This document shows positions 1 through 10,812 of a stretch of 64,000 nucleotides of DNA, piece after piece. Below the pieces are notes generated by a model, which saw only the letters and a program-made list of their open reading frames with translations, did no database searches and had not been told where the DNA came from. The position numbers and the translations under genes are program-made. Positions within the stretch are counted from its first letter, which is position 1, and each line of letters begins with the position of its first letter. Source of the DNA: an uncultured delta proteobacterium (lineage in GTDB: Bacteria; Desulfobacterota; Binatia; DP-6); the NCBI GenBank assembly GCA_963815115.1, contig CAWFFN010000012.1, positions 32,001 to 96,000 of the forward strand, written 5' to 3'.

Positions 1-1080
1 CTCCGGCTCGCGGACGGACAGGTGCTCGTTCGGCCCGAGGTGCGCGATCTGGCCAATCGCCTCGGCTTGCAGACGAGCGCCCGCGCGGACGAATACGACG
101 TCGCGATCATCGGCGGGGGGCCGGCCGGCCTTGCGGCCGCGGTCTACGGCGCATCCGAGGGGCTGCGCACGATCGTCATCGAGCGCGAGGCCCCCGGTGG
201 ACAGGCCGGGACGTCCGCGCGGATCGAGAACTATCTCGGATTTCCCGGCGGGGTCTCGGGCGACGAGCTGGCCAGTCGCGCACTCCAGCAAGCGCGGCGC
301 CTCGGGGCGGAGATCGTGGTCACGCGCTCCGTCGCTCGCATCGATCCGAGGACGCGCGAAGTATTTCTCGACGGTGGCGACGTCGTCCGGGCCCGAACGC
401 TCATTCTCGCCACCGGCGTCACGTGGCGGCGCCTCACCGTCGGCGGCCTCGATCGGCTGATCGGCAAGGGCGTCTACTACGGGGCCGCGCGCAGCGAGGT
501 GGGCGCCACTCATGGACTCGACATCCACCTGGTCGGCGCCGGCAACTCGGCCGGTCAGGCGGCCCTCAATTGCGCCAACCATGCACGCCAGGTGACCCTG
601 GTCGTCCGGGGCGGGTCCCTGGACAGGACCATGTCGCACTATCTGATCGAGAAGCTCCAGGGAACATCGAACGTGGAGGTGAGGCTGGGGTCGGAGGTGC
701 ACGCGGTCCACGGCGACACCCACCTGACGGCGATCGACATTCGCGACACCGGCACCGAGGAAGTGCGCCGGCATGATTGCGGCGGCCTGTTCATCTTCAT
801 CGGCGCCGACGCGGAGACCGGGTGGCTGCCGGCGGACATCGTCCGCGACGCACGCGGATATGTCCTGACGGGCGAGGATCTCAAGAAGGCCGGACGCTGG
901 TCGCACCGGCGTGATCCCTACCTTCTCGAAACCAGTGTCCCCGGCGTGTTCGCGTGCGGCGACGTGCGGTTGAGCCCGGTCAAGCGTGTGGCGTCTGCGG
1001 TCGGCGAGGGAAGCATGGCGATCGCGCTCGTCCGGCAATACCTGGCGTACGAAGGGCACTCCGACGCCAGCCGGGCCTAA
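1..1080 (+). CDS. TrxB-like FAD-dependent pyridine nucleotide-disulfide oxidoreductase (5' part outside window)
   Basis: GGGPAG FAD motif, ENYLGF, GAGNSA NAD(P)H motif, [12 protein letters not shown]; frame is open from base 1; no CxxC at the usual site ([10 protein letters not shown]). Confidence 0.85.
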   Translation, partial: LRLADGQVLVRPEVRDLANRLGLQTSARADEYDVAIIGGGPAGLAAAVYGASEGLRTIVIEREAPGGQAGTSARIENYLGFPGGVSGDELASRALQQARRLGAEIVVTRSVARIDPRTREVFLDGGDVVRARTLILATGVTWRRLTVGGLDRLIGKGVYYGAARSEVGATHGLDIHLVGAGNSAGQAALNCANHARQVTLVVRGGSLDRTMSHYLIEKLQGTSNVEVRLGSEVHAVHGDTHLTAIDIRDTGTEEVRRHDCGGLFIFIGADAETGWLPADIVRDARGYVLTGEDLKKAGRWSHRRDPYLLETSVPGVFACGDVRLSPVKRVASAVGEGSMAIALVRQYLAYEGHSDASRA

Positions 1081-1113
1081 TGCTGATCGAGCGGCTTCTC
1101 TACCCAAGCCCCG

Positions 1114-1446
1114 TCACGCCGCCAGCCGCCGGTGGCGAAGATTCAGGTCGAGCGTTTCGCGGACGACCGAGGGATCGAGGTCGAGCACCGCGCAGACGTG
1201 CCGGAAGGTGAAGACCCGCGACGGCGGCTCGTCGGAGGCGATCCAGTCTTGCGTCTTCGAGAGGAGGTCCCGCTCGTCGCGGCTCCTCGCCCGCTCGGGA
1301 TGGCAATGCACCGAGCACGCGTCGTCCAGCACGGCCGCCATCAGCCGCTGCTCCGGCGACCGGGAGGTCGCGTGCATCGTCGTCGAGAGTCGTTCGTGCA
1401 GGGCGTCCACGGGGTCACGCGGCGTGGCGGCATGCGGCGATCTCAT
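1114..1446 (-). CDS. Small conserved hypothetical protein (110 aa)
   Basis: PEQRLMAAVLDDA...WIASDE..FTFRHVCAVLDLDP pattern; ATG at 1446 lies just after a sigma54-like promoter. Confidence 0.6.
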   Translation of the reverse strand: MRSPHAATPRDPVDALHERLSTTMHATSRSPEQRLMAAVLDDACSVHCHPERARSRDERDLLSKTQDWIASDEPPSRVFTFRHVCAVLDLDPSVVRETLDLNLRHRRLAA

Positions 1447-1459
1447 GCTGAGCCCTTCG

Positions 1460-1475
1460 AGCAAGACCGGGGCCA
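1460..1475 (-). promoter_or_regulatory. sigma54 -24/-12 promoter
   Basis: TGGCCCC-GGTC-TTGCT (GG-N10-GC); predicted +1 ~1449, ATG at 1446. Confidence 0.6.
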
Positions 1476-1516
1476 GATGCTCGTGCGAGAATGTGGCCGG
1501 GACACCGCGCGAGACC

Positions 1517-1532
1517 ATTCGAAAGTTGGGAA
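1517..1532. promoter_or_regulatory. Putative bEBP upstream activating site (UAS)
   Basis: ATTCGA-AAGT-TGGGAA, centre ~75 bp from predicted +1. Confidence 0.5.
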
Positions 1533-1615
1533 TCGCCGGCCGCTGGATTCTCGAGGACGACAAAGGCTCAGGGGGTTGCCGGCCGACGATGTCGAACGCG
1601 ATTGCTGCACCACAC

Positions 1616-1975
1616 TCAGGTGGACGCATGCAGCTCGTGCACCAGCGTGTGAAGCAGCTCGTAGTCGAACGGCTTGGACAGGACGACGAGAAACGGGCGG
1701 GCAGCCGCCTCCGCGTCGATGGCGTGCGTCCGGTAGGCGGTCACCAGGACGATCGGCACGCCCGGGCGTGCGGCATGGAACCGGTCGGCGAACGCAACGC
1801 CGTTCTCTCCCGGCATCTCGTAGTCCGTGATGAGCAGCGTGGTGTCGAGGAGCGGCCCCTCTTGGGGGACCTCCCCCGGAAAGGCATAGGCAAACACCTC
1901 GTGACCATCGTCACCCAGCGCCCCGGCGAGGCCCAGGCGAAGGGACGGGTCATCCTCGACCAGGAGGATCGGCAG
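1616..1975 (-). CDS. Response-regulator receiver domain (stand-alone, or frameshifted C-terminus of the upstream kinase)
   Basis: ILLVEDD...LITDYEMPG...VLVTA...LSKPF; no good start codon outside the kinase ORF. Confidence 0.75.
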   Translation of the reverse strand: MPILLVEDDPSLRLGLAGALGDDGHEVFAYAFPGEVPQEGPLLDTTLLITDYEMPGENGVAFADRFHAARPGVPIVLVTAYRTHAIDAEAAARPFLVVLSKPFDYELLHTLVHELHAST

Positions 1976-4133
1976 CTCGCTGCACCTGGGGAGGGGAGGC
2001 GGGGAGTTCGACACGGAAGGCCGTTCCACCTCCCACGACGCGTGCAAGATCGATACCTCCGCCGTGAGCCTGGACGATCTGCTTGGCGATCGCCAATCCG
2101 AGCCCCGTCCCCTCGGGTTTCGTCGTCTCGAAGAGGCCGAAGGGCCGCAGATGGTCGGGGAATCCGGGTCCGGTGTCCGTCACGGTGAATCGCACTTTCT
2201 CGCGGGTGGGAAACTCGACCGACATTCTGATCTCTCCGGGGCCCTGACCGATCGCCTCCAGTGCATTCTTGAGGAGATTGTCGAAAACACGACGCAGCTT
2301 GTCGACGTCGGCGGTGATGGGTGCGATCGTCGAGCTCAGGTGGCCGACGAGTGCGATGCCGCGATGCTGCGCGTCGGGCCGCCAGGCCGCCAGGGACTGC
2401 TCCAGGAAGGCGGGCAGCTCGACGGTGCTCAGCTCCAGCCGCTGCTCGCGCGCGAAGCTCTTGAAGTCGCGAATCATGCCGTCGAGCCGCCGCGTGGTCT
2501 GGGTCAGTTGTTCGATGGCGTCACGCACGCTGCCGAGGGGCTGGTCCGGATCCCGCTCCAGCCGACGGGCGATGCGTTGCGTGAGCATCGAGAGGCCGGC
2601 CAGGGGATTGCCGATGTCGTGGACGATGCGCGCGGAGAGCGCGCCGATGTCCGCCAGGCGCTCGCGCTGGCGAGCGAGCGACTCGGCCTGCCGCAGCTCC
2701 TCCTCGATCTCCTTGCGCATCACGAACTCGCCGATCTGCTGGCTCAGGGCGTCGAAGAGGCCCAGAAGCGCGCGGCCCGGCGCCCGGAGAGCCGAGCTGA
2801 AGCAGACCACCGCGCCGATCACCCCTTCGCGGCTCCGCACCGGGAAGCCGAAGCCGCTCGTGACATGCGTCCCCAACCCGGGTCGCAGCGATCGCCTGGC
2901 AGCGGGATCATTGCCGAGATCGAGCACGTACTCGGGCTTGCCGCTGGCCCAGATGCGGCCGGGAAGCCATTCGCCCCGGACCAGAGTAATCGCGGGAGCG
3001 AGGGCCGTCTGGGCCCCCGACGACAGGGCGGCAGCATGCCACGAGCCGTGGCGGAGCAGGACCGAGTCTCGACGATCGACGAGCCACAGCTCGCTCGCCT
3101 CCAACCCGAGGCGCTCGCAGATGGCGCGGAGCAGCTCGGGCGCGGTGTCCTCCAGCGTGTCGGAGCCGGTCGTGATTCGTGTCACCCCGTACTGGATCGC
3201 CGTGTACTGCTCGGCCTGCCATCGTTCGATCGCTTCGCCCACGATGTGGGCGATCGCCTGGAGGAAGAGCGTATCGTCGGTGGAGAAGGTGCGGTGGTGC
3301 ACGGTGTGGGCGTCGAGCACCCCGTAGGGCCGCTCGAGGAGCGCGATCATGGTGCTGAGGCCCGACACGACCCCGTGCTCGCGGAGAAGCGGGGAGCCCT
3401 CGAAGCGCGTCTCGGTGCGGAGTTCGTCGACCACGACCGGCGTCCTGGTGAGCAGCGTGTAGCCCGCCTGGGAATCCGCTCCCGCGGGAACCAGCGCGCT
3501 CCCGACCACCCTGTCCGTCCAGCCCACGCCGGCGCGGACCAGGAGCGCCGCCTCGTCGGGCAGCAGCTCGGATATCTTGCAGAACTCGACGTCGAGGGTA
3601 CGGGCGACCAGCTCGACCGCCTTCTGGAGGAGGACGTCGAGATCGCTGCCGAGCGCGGCGATTCCCAGCTCGGCGACCGCCTCCTGCTGGCGCACGCGGT
3701 CATGCAGCGTGGCTTCCATACGCGCGCGCTCGCTGACGTCGCGGATGATTGCCGAGTAGCAGACCGTGTCGCCCACCCGTGCTTCCGACACGGACAGCTC
3801 GATGGGAAACGTCTCGCCGCTCTTGCGTCGGGCTTCGACGTGCCGAATGCGGCCGATCGCCTTGGCCTCGCCGGTGTCCCGGTAGTTCGTGAGGAACCGG
3901 TCGTGCTGCTCGCGGTAAGGCGAGGGCATGAGCATCGCGACGTTCTGCTGCAGCACCTCGTCGGCCCGGTAGCCGAAGATCGCCTCCGCGCCGCGATTGA
4001 ACAGCGTGACCCGGCCGCGTGGATCGATGCTGATGATGGCATCCTGCGCGCTGTCGAGCACCGCTTGCCAGCGCGTCGCCTCCAGCTCGAGGAGACGCAG
4101 GGCACGGGTAGCACTCGAGTCCTCGAGAGTCAT
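1950..4133 (-). CDS. PAS(heme, FixL-like)-GAF-GAF sensor histidine kinase
   Basis: PAS MPSPYREQHDRFLTNY...IGRIRHVEARRKSGETFPIELSVSE resembles the FixL heme-PAS with its proximal His; two GAF-like blocks; H-box VHDIGNPL; N box NLLKNALEA; G boxes DTGPG, GTGLGL. Confidence 0.88.
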   Translation of the reverse strand: MTLEDSSATRALRLLELEATRWQAVLDSAQDAIISIDPRGRVTLFNRGAEAIFGYRADEVLQQNVAMLMPSPYREQHDRFLTNYRDTGEAKAIGRIRHVEARRKSGETFPIELSVSEARVGDTVCYSAIIRDVSERARMEATLHDRVRQQEAVAELGIAALGSDLDVLLQKAVELVARTLDVEFCKISELLPDEAALLVRAGVGWTDRVVGSALVPAGADSQAGYTLLTRTPVVVDELRTETRFEGSPLLREHGVVSGLSTMIALLERPYGVLDAHTVHHRTFSTDDTLFLQAIAHIVGEAIERWQAEQYTAIQYGVTRITTGSDTLEDTAPELLRAICERLGLEASELWLVDRRDSVLLRHGSWHAAALSSGAQTALAPAITLVRGEWLPGRIWASGKPEYVLDLGNDPAARRSLRPGLGTHVTSGFGFPVRSREGVIGAVVCFSSALRAPGRALLGLFDALSQQIGEFVMRKEIEEELRQAESLARQRERLADIGALSARIVHDIGNPLAGLSMLTQRIARRLERDPDQPLGSVRDAIEQLTQTTRRLDGMIRDFKSFAREQRLELSTVELPAFLEQSLAAWRPDAQHRGIALVGHLSSTIAPITADVDKLRRVFDNLLKNALEAIGQGPGEIRMSVEFPTREKVRFTVTDTGPGFPDHLRPFGLFETTKPEGTGLGLAIAKQIVQAHGGGIDLARVVGGGTAFRVELPASPPQVQRAADPPGRG

Positions 4134-4287
4134 CGGTGACCAGGTGGCGACGAAGCCGGCGCTACCATGCCCTCGCACGGACGGTCAAGATTGCCACTGG
4201 CGCCGCCCGATCCCGCTGTCGACGGGGTCGACCCGCAGGCCGAAAAGGCGGCTCCGCTATCACGGACCGGAATCCTCCCACGGATGG

Positions 4288-4303
4288 TTCCGACATCCGG
4301 GAA
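4288..4303. promoter_or_regulatory. Putative bEBP UAS
   Basis: TTCCGA-CATC-CGGGAA, centre ~64 bp upstream of predicted +1. Confidence 0.6.
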
Positions 4304-4332
4304 AGGGAACGAGGCGTCGTCGTCATCTCGCC

Positions 4333-4348
4333 TGGCCGGCGGCTTGCT
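4333..4348 (+). promoter_or_regulatory. sigma54 promoter of usp-activator-globin kinase operon
   Basis: TGGCCGG-CGGC-TTGCT; purine-rich SD before ATG 4388. Confidence 0.62.
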
Positions 4349-4387
4349 TGGGGACGTTTCGCACCACTGCAAGAGAGGGGAGCATAG

Positions 4388-4867
4388 ATGCCTGGAGGCC
4401 TCTTCCGTCACATTCTCGTCCCTCACGACTTCTCCGGCCAGGCGACGGTTGCGCTGAAGACGGCGGCCCAGCTCGCCCAGCAGCAGGGGGGAAAGCTCAC
4501 GGTTCTCTACGTCCTGGTGCCCTTCTACCTGCCGGCCGACGTGCCGTTCGGCATGCCGGCACCAGGCGACCTGATTCCCGAGCAACGACGCACGCTCGAG
4601 AGGCTGGTGACCAAGACTCTGGGCGCCGCGCGCCCGCCGGTGACGATCCGCGTCGACATCGGGGACGCGGCCCAGCGCATCCTCGACGCGGCTCGCGGAA
4701 CCGACAGCATCGTCATGGCGACGTCGGGGCGCACTGGCGTGGCTCACTTTCTCATCGGGAGCGTCGCGGAGAAGGTGGTCCGACACGCCCCGGTACCCGT
4801 GCTCACCATCCGGGTGCCCATCTCCAAGCGTCAATCCAGACGCAGGAAGATTGGCGCGGCTTGTTAG
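4388..4867 (+). CDS. Universal stress protein (single Usp domain)
   Basis: HILVPHDFS; IVMATSGRTG...IGSVAEKVVRHAPVPVLTI. Confidence 0.92.
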   Translation: MPGGLFRHILVPHDFSGQATVALKTAAQLAQQQGGKLTVLYVLVPFYLPADVPFGMPAPGDLIPEQRRTLERLVTKTLGAARPPVTIRVDIGDAAQRILDAARGTDSIVMATSGRTGVAHFLIGSVAEKVVRHAPVPVLTIRVPISKRQSRRRKIGAAC

Positions 4868-4897
4868 ACCAGGGATCACTAGGCTAGAGAAGGAACG

Positions 4898-6225
<1,328 letters not shown>

Positions 6226-6251
<26 letters not shown>

Positions 6252-7542
6252 CGGTCCTCCGCGACCACCGCTGCTCCGCGAGCTGACCGGCCTCGACGCC
6301 GGACAGCAGGCCGAGAGGCTGGCGTACTTCGACATCGGTCCGGCCGACCGGCAGCTCCTGCACGATCTCGCGCCCCTTGCCCGGCAAACCGTCGACGGGA
6401 TCGTCGCGGAGTTCTACGACCACCTGCTCCGATTCCCCGAGCTCGCGCGGTTGCTGCACGAGGAGCCGGGACGGCTCGAGCGGCTCGAGGCGGCCCAGCG
6501 CGCGTACTTCCTGGGCCTCACCGAAGGGCGCTTCGACGAGGACTACTTCGAGACGCGACTTCGCGTGGGAGACGCTCACCAGCGAATCGGTCTCCCTCCG
6601 GCGTGGTATCTCGGCGGCTTCGCGCTCTACCTGCGCCTGTCGTTGCGGGCGCTGATCCGGGAGATCGGCGAAGGCGAGCGGCTGCTGCCGGTCCTCGAGG
6701 CTCTGATCAAGGCGATCTTCCTCGACGTCTCGCTGGCCATGAACACCTACATCTACGGCGGCTTCGTGCAGCGCGAGATGGCGAGCGAGCTGGAGCGCGC
6801 GGCGCAGGTGGCCGAGGAGGCGCTGCGTGCCCACGCCAAGGTCGAGCAGGCGAGGGACGAACTGAGCCGAATGGTGGTACACGATCTGAAGAACCCCGTG
6901 AGCGGGATCGCGATGCTGACCCAGCTCGCGCTCCGCAAGGGTCCGGACCTTCCCGAGGCGCACCGCGGCTATCTCCGCCAGATCGACCGCACCTGCAGCG
7001 AGATGATGCGGCTCATCCAGAACCTCCTCGAGATCGCGAAGATCGAGGAGGAAAGGATGCCCGTCCTGCCCGAGCCGGTGTCGCTGGCCGAGCTCGCGGG
7101 CGAGGTCGTGGAGGAATATGCCGTCGTCGAGCAGGGCCAGCAGGCGGTCCGAACCAACGTGCGGCGCGACGTGCCGCCAGCGTTCGCGGACCGCTGGCTC
7201 CTGCGCCGGGTACTGTCCAACCTGGTGGTCAACGCCATGCGGCACGGCGGCAGCCGCGACGTGCGGGTGGACGCGGCCGAGGGGCCGCAACCGGGAGAGG
7301 TCACCCTGCTCGTCGCCGACTCGGGTCACGGCATCGCGCTCGAGGATCAGGCGCGCATCTTCGAGAAGTTCCCGGGCGGGGGGCGGTCGGCGGTCGACGA
7401 CCCGGCCACGGACCCGGGGCTCGGGCTGGCATTCTGCAAGCTCGCGGTCGAGCTCATGGGCGGTCGGATCGCGCTCACCAGCCGCCCCGGAGAGACGGTG
7501 TTCGTGGTCACGCTGCCGGCCCGCGATCCCGCAGCCCCCTGA
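6226..7542 (+). CDS. Globin-coupled sensor histidine kinase
   Basis: Protoglobin/HemAT-like domain (EFYDHL, RVGDAHQRIGLPPAWYLGG); H-box VHDLKNP; NLVVNA; DSGHG; GLGLAF. Confidence 0.88.
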
Positions 7543-7570
7543 GGCCGCCTCGCCCGGAGCGCCGGACGGA

Positions 7571-7586
7571 TTCCGATTCCTGAGAA
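7571..7586. promoter_or_regulatory. Putative bEBP UAS
   Basis: TTCCGA-TTCC-TGAGAA, centre ~95 bp upstream of +1; weaker copy at 7603-7618 (~63 bp). Confidence 0.6.
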
Positions 7587-7646
7587 GGAAGCTGCCACGG
7601 CCGCCGCGACGTTCGGAATTCGCCTCGTGCTGCCGTGCTCCTTGCG

Positions 7647-7662
7647 TGGCAAGGTATTTGCC
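7647..7662 (+). promoter_or_regulatory. sigma54 promoter
   Basis: TGGCAAG-GTAT-TTGCC; predicted +1 ~7673, ATG 7675. Confidence 0.7.
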
Positions 7663-7674
7663 GATGCCAGATGC

Positions 7675-8097
7675 ATGCGAGTACGCCAGTGGATGAAGCT
7701 TCCCGTGATCAGCGTGAAGCCGCGCGATTCGGTGGCCCGGGCCCGCGCGGTCATGGAGGAGCATCGGATCAACCAGCTGCCGGTGCTCGAGGGCGCACGC
7801 CTCGCCGGGATCGTCACCGATCGTGACCTCCGCGACGCCTTCCCCTCCCTGGCCCAGAGCATGGACCTCGCGTCGCGGGAGCGCGCGGCGCCGGATGAGG
7901 TGCCGGTCGAGGACGTCATGACCCGCGACGTCCTCACCGTCGATCCGGAGACCAGCCTCGCCGAGGCGGCCCGCGTGTTGCGCCGGGAACGCATCGGGGC
8001 GCTGCCCGTCGTCAGCGGTGGCCACCTGGTGGGCGTGCTCGCGCGGAGCGACCTGCTCGAGGCTCTCGTGCAACTGCTCGACGACGATCGGGAGTAG
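7675..8097 (+). CDS. CBS-pair protein (AcuB-like)
   Basis: RINQLPVL...GIVTDRDLR; VEDVMTRDV...IGALPVV...GVLARSDLL. Confidence 0.9.
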   Translation: MRVRQWMKLPVISVKPRDSVARARAVMEEHRINQLPVLEGARLAGIVTDRDLRDAFPSLAQSMDLASRERAAPDEVPVEDVMTRDVLTVDPETSLAEAARVLRRERIGALPVVSGGHLVGVLARSDLLEALVQLLDDDRE

Positions 8098-8114
8098 GAG
8101 CGGCGCGCCGCGCT

Positions 8115-8984
8115 TCAGCGCGGCTTCCGCTCCGGCTCCGACCGCAGGTACTCGACGATGGCCTCGACCTCCGACTCGTCGAGGACGGGCGCGAAGTGTG
8201 GCATGTGCGGCTTCTTCTCGTCCAGCATGTGCCAGATGGCGGTCTCCAGAACCTGGCGGTCGACGGCCGAGAAGTAGGCGGCGTCGAACACCACGTGCGG
8301 CCGGCGAATCCCGACCGAGAGCGTCTCGGGCGGGTGCCCGTCGTCGCCATGACATGGAGCGCAGTAGCGACGATAGGTCAGGAACCCTGGCGAGAGCACA
8401 CGCACGAAGGTCACCAGATCTCGCTCCTGGTCCCGGGTCAGTGCTTCGGCGAGCGGCGGCATTCCCCCATGACCGCGGTGCACGACCGCAAGGATGGTCG
8501 CATCGTCCAATCGCTGCTGCAGGGCGGGGCTGGCGAGGTCGAGCGTCCGGTCGGCCGTCTCGCCGAAGGGACCGTGGCAACGCTCGCAGTGCGCGGCATA
8601 CGGCGCCGTTCCCCGGCGCGCGGCCTTCCAGTCGACGGTGGGCAGTCGGCGCAGATGGGTCTCGAGGGCGTCCAGCTCGCGCAGGCGCGCACGCAGCGCC
8701 GCCGGGTCGAGCGGCAGGGCAAGGGCCCGCCCTTCACGGATGCGGCGCACCATGGCGGCGGTGTCGTAGCGGCCGAGCGCCGGGTCGCGCAGATTGCGCG
8801 GACGCTCGGCGAAGAGATCCGCGTCGGGGCCGTCGCCGCGACCGTCGGCGCCGTGGCAGGGAGCGCAGTGATGGAGAAAGAGCTGCGCGCCATCCGGAGG
8901 CGCCTCCTTCGCAGTCGCCGCGTGCGACCCCGCGAGGAGTGTCGCCATCACCACGGCCACGAGCAATCCCTCCGACCGTGGCAT
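8115..8984 (-). CDS. Exported tri-heme c-type cytochrome
   Basis: Signal-like N-terminus; three CxxCH motifs (CAPCH, CERCH, CAPCH); GGMPP and HMPHF axial-Met motifs; alternative GTG start at 8960. Confidence 0.85.
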   Translation of the reverse strand: MPRSEGLLVAVVMATLLAGSHAATAKEAPPDGAQLFLHHCAPCHGADGRGDGPDADLFAERPRNLRDPALGRYDTAAMVRRIREGRALALPLDPAALRARLRELDALETHLRRLPTVDWKAARRGTAPYAAHCERCHGPFGETADRTLDLASPALQQRLDDATILAVVHRGHGGMPPLAEALTRDQERDLVTFVRVLSPGFLTYRRYCAPCHGDDGHPPETLSVGIRRPHVVFDAAYFSAVDRQVLETAIWHMLDEKKPHMPHFAPVLDESEVEAIVEYLRSEPERKPR

Positions 8985-8992
8985 GAAGCGAT

Positions 8993-9008
8993 AGCACGTC
9001 ACGTGCCA
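8993..9008 (-). promoter_or_regulatory. sigma54 promoter
   Basis: TGGCACG-TGAC-GTGCT. Confidence 0.7.
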
Positions 9009-9037
9009 TTGATCCGGCGCCTGCGGCGAGACGGGAA

Positions 9038-9053
9038 TTCGCACGCGTCGGAA
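9038..9053. promoter_or_regulatory. Putative bEBP UAS shared by divergent promoters
   Basis: TTCGCA-CGCG-TCGGAA; ~64 bp from left +1 and ~75 bp from right +1. Confidence 0.62.
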
Positions 9054-9094
9054 AATCTCCCGACCGGGATCGCGCGATTCCGGGAATCGCTTCC

Positions 9095-9110
9095 TGGCAC
9101 GGCACTTGGA
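9095..9110 (+). promoter_or_regulatory. sigma54 promoter (GG variant at -12)
   Basis: TGGCACG-GCAC-TTGGA; predicted +1 ~9121, ATG 9124. Confidence 0.62.
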
Positions 9111-9123
9111 GTAGCGAATCACC

Positions 9124-9570
9124 ATGTTGATCCGCGATCTGATGCAGCGTGAGGTGGCGACGCTCGGGATCAACGATACCCTGGGCCTCGCCGACGACGT
9201 CATGCAGCTCGGCCGCATCCGCCACCTTCCCGTGCTGTCCAACGGGGTCGTGGTCGGGATCGTGTCGCAGCGCGATCTCTATCGTTCGGCGGTCTCTTCC
9301 ATGCTCCAGATGCCACGCGCGACGGAGCGCGAGTGGCTCGGCAAGATTCCCGTGCGCAGCGCGATGTCGTCGAACGTGGTCACGGTTGCGCCCGGAGCCA
9401 CGGTTCACCAGGCCGTCGACCTCATGCTGGCGCACCGGATCGGTTGTCTACCCGTGGTCGAGCGCGGCCAGCTGGTCGGACTCGTGAGCGAGACGGATTG
9501 CCTGCGCCATCTCGCACACCTCCTGGGCATCGCGGAGCAGAAGGCCGCCCTGCCGGAGCTCTCGCAGTAG
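9124..9570 (+). CDS. CBS-pair protein
   Basis: RIRHLPVL...GIVSQRDL; AMSSNVVTV...RIGCLPVV...GLVSETD. Confidence 0.9.
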   Translation: MLIRDLMQREVATLGINDTLGLADDVMQLGRIRHLPVLSNGVVVGIVSQRDLYRSAVSSMLQMPRATEREWLGKIPVRSAMSSNVVTVAPGATVHQAVDLMLAHRIGCLPVVERGQLVGLVSETDCLRHLAHLLGIAEQKAALPELSQ

Positions 9571-9594
9571 GGTCCGCCGATCGTCTCGGGCACC

Positions 9595-10804
9595 ATGGAC
9601 TTCGCCATCCCCGAAGAGATCGAGCACCTCTGTGACGGCGTACGCCGGTTCATGGAGGAGCACGTCTACCCGCTCGAGCGCGCGGCGCGTGGCTGGAAGC
9701 TGGAGGTCGGCGGCCCGGCCTATCCGCCGCTGATCAGGGAGGTGCAGCGCGCAGGCGAAGGCGCTGGGATACTGGGCATTCCACCTCCCGGCCGAAGCCG
9801 GCGGCGCCGGCATCCCGTTCATGTACTACGTGCTCGTGAACGAGATCCTCGGACGCAGCCCGCTCGCCCCGGTGTGCGTCGGCTCGCAGGCGCCCGACTC
9901 CGGCAACGCCGAGATCCTCTGGCGCCACGGCACCGCGCAGCAGAAGGCAGCGCTGGCTCCGGCCGCTGGTCGACGGCGAGATCCGCAGCTGCTTCTCGAT
10001 GACCGAGCCCGAGGTGGCCGGTTCCGATCCGCAGCTGCTGCGCACGACCGCCGTGCGCGACGGCGATCGACTAGGTGATCAACGGTCACAAGTGGTTCAC
10101 CAGCGGCGCGCACGGCGCGGCGTTCGCCATCGTCATGGCGATGACGAACCCCGAGCACGCGAACCCGTACCTCCGCTTCAGCCAGATCATCGTGCCGACC
10201 GACACGCCCGGCTTCCGCATCGAGCGCGGCATCCCGGTGATGGGCGACGACGACAACCATCACGCCGAGATCCGGTACGAGGACTGCCGCGTGCCGGTCG
10301 ACCAACCTCCTCGGCCGCGAGGGCATGGGCTTCGTGATCGCGCAGGAGCGCCTGGGACCGGGTCGGATCCATCACTGCATGCGCTGGCTCGGCGTGGCCC
10401 AGCGCGCGTTCGAGATGATGTGCAGCTACGCCAACGAGCGCGAGATGTTCGGCAGCACGCTGGCGCGCAAGGCGAACATCCAGGACTGGGTCGCCGAGAG
10501 CCCGCGCGGACATCCAGGCGGCGCGGCTGATGACGTTGCACGCGGCGTGGAAGATCGACACCGAGGGCGCCGGCGCGGCGCGCGAGGAGATCGCCCTCAT
10601 CAAGTTCTTCGGCGCCAAGCGTGCTGCACGGCGTCGTCGACAGGGCCATCCAGGTCTTCGGCGCCGCCGGGAGTGACCGAGGATCACCCGCTCTCGATGT
10701 TCTACCGCCAGGCGCGCCTCGCGCGCATCTACGACGGCCCCGACGAGGTGCACAAGATGGTGGTCGCCCGCCGCATCCTGGCGCGCCATGCCTCCCGGGG
10801 CTGA
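9595..10804 (+). pseudogene. Acyl-CoA dehydrogenase broken by about 7 frameshifts (pseudogene or sequencing errors)
   Basis: Consecutive ACAD segments in shifting frames: MDFAIP, APDSGNAEIL, FSMTEPEVAGSDP, INGHKWFTSGA, QERLGPGRIHHCMR, ARIYDGPDEVHK. Confidence 0.85.
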
Positions 10805-10812
10805 GGCCCTCC

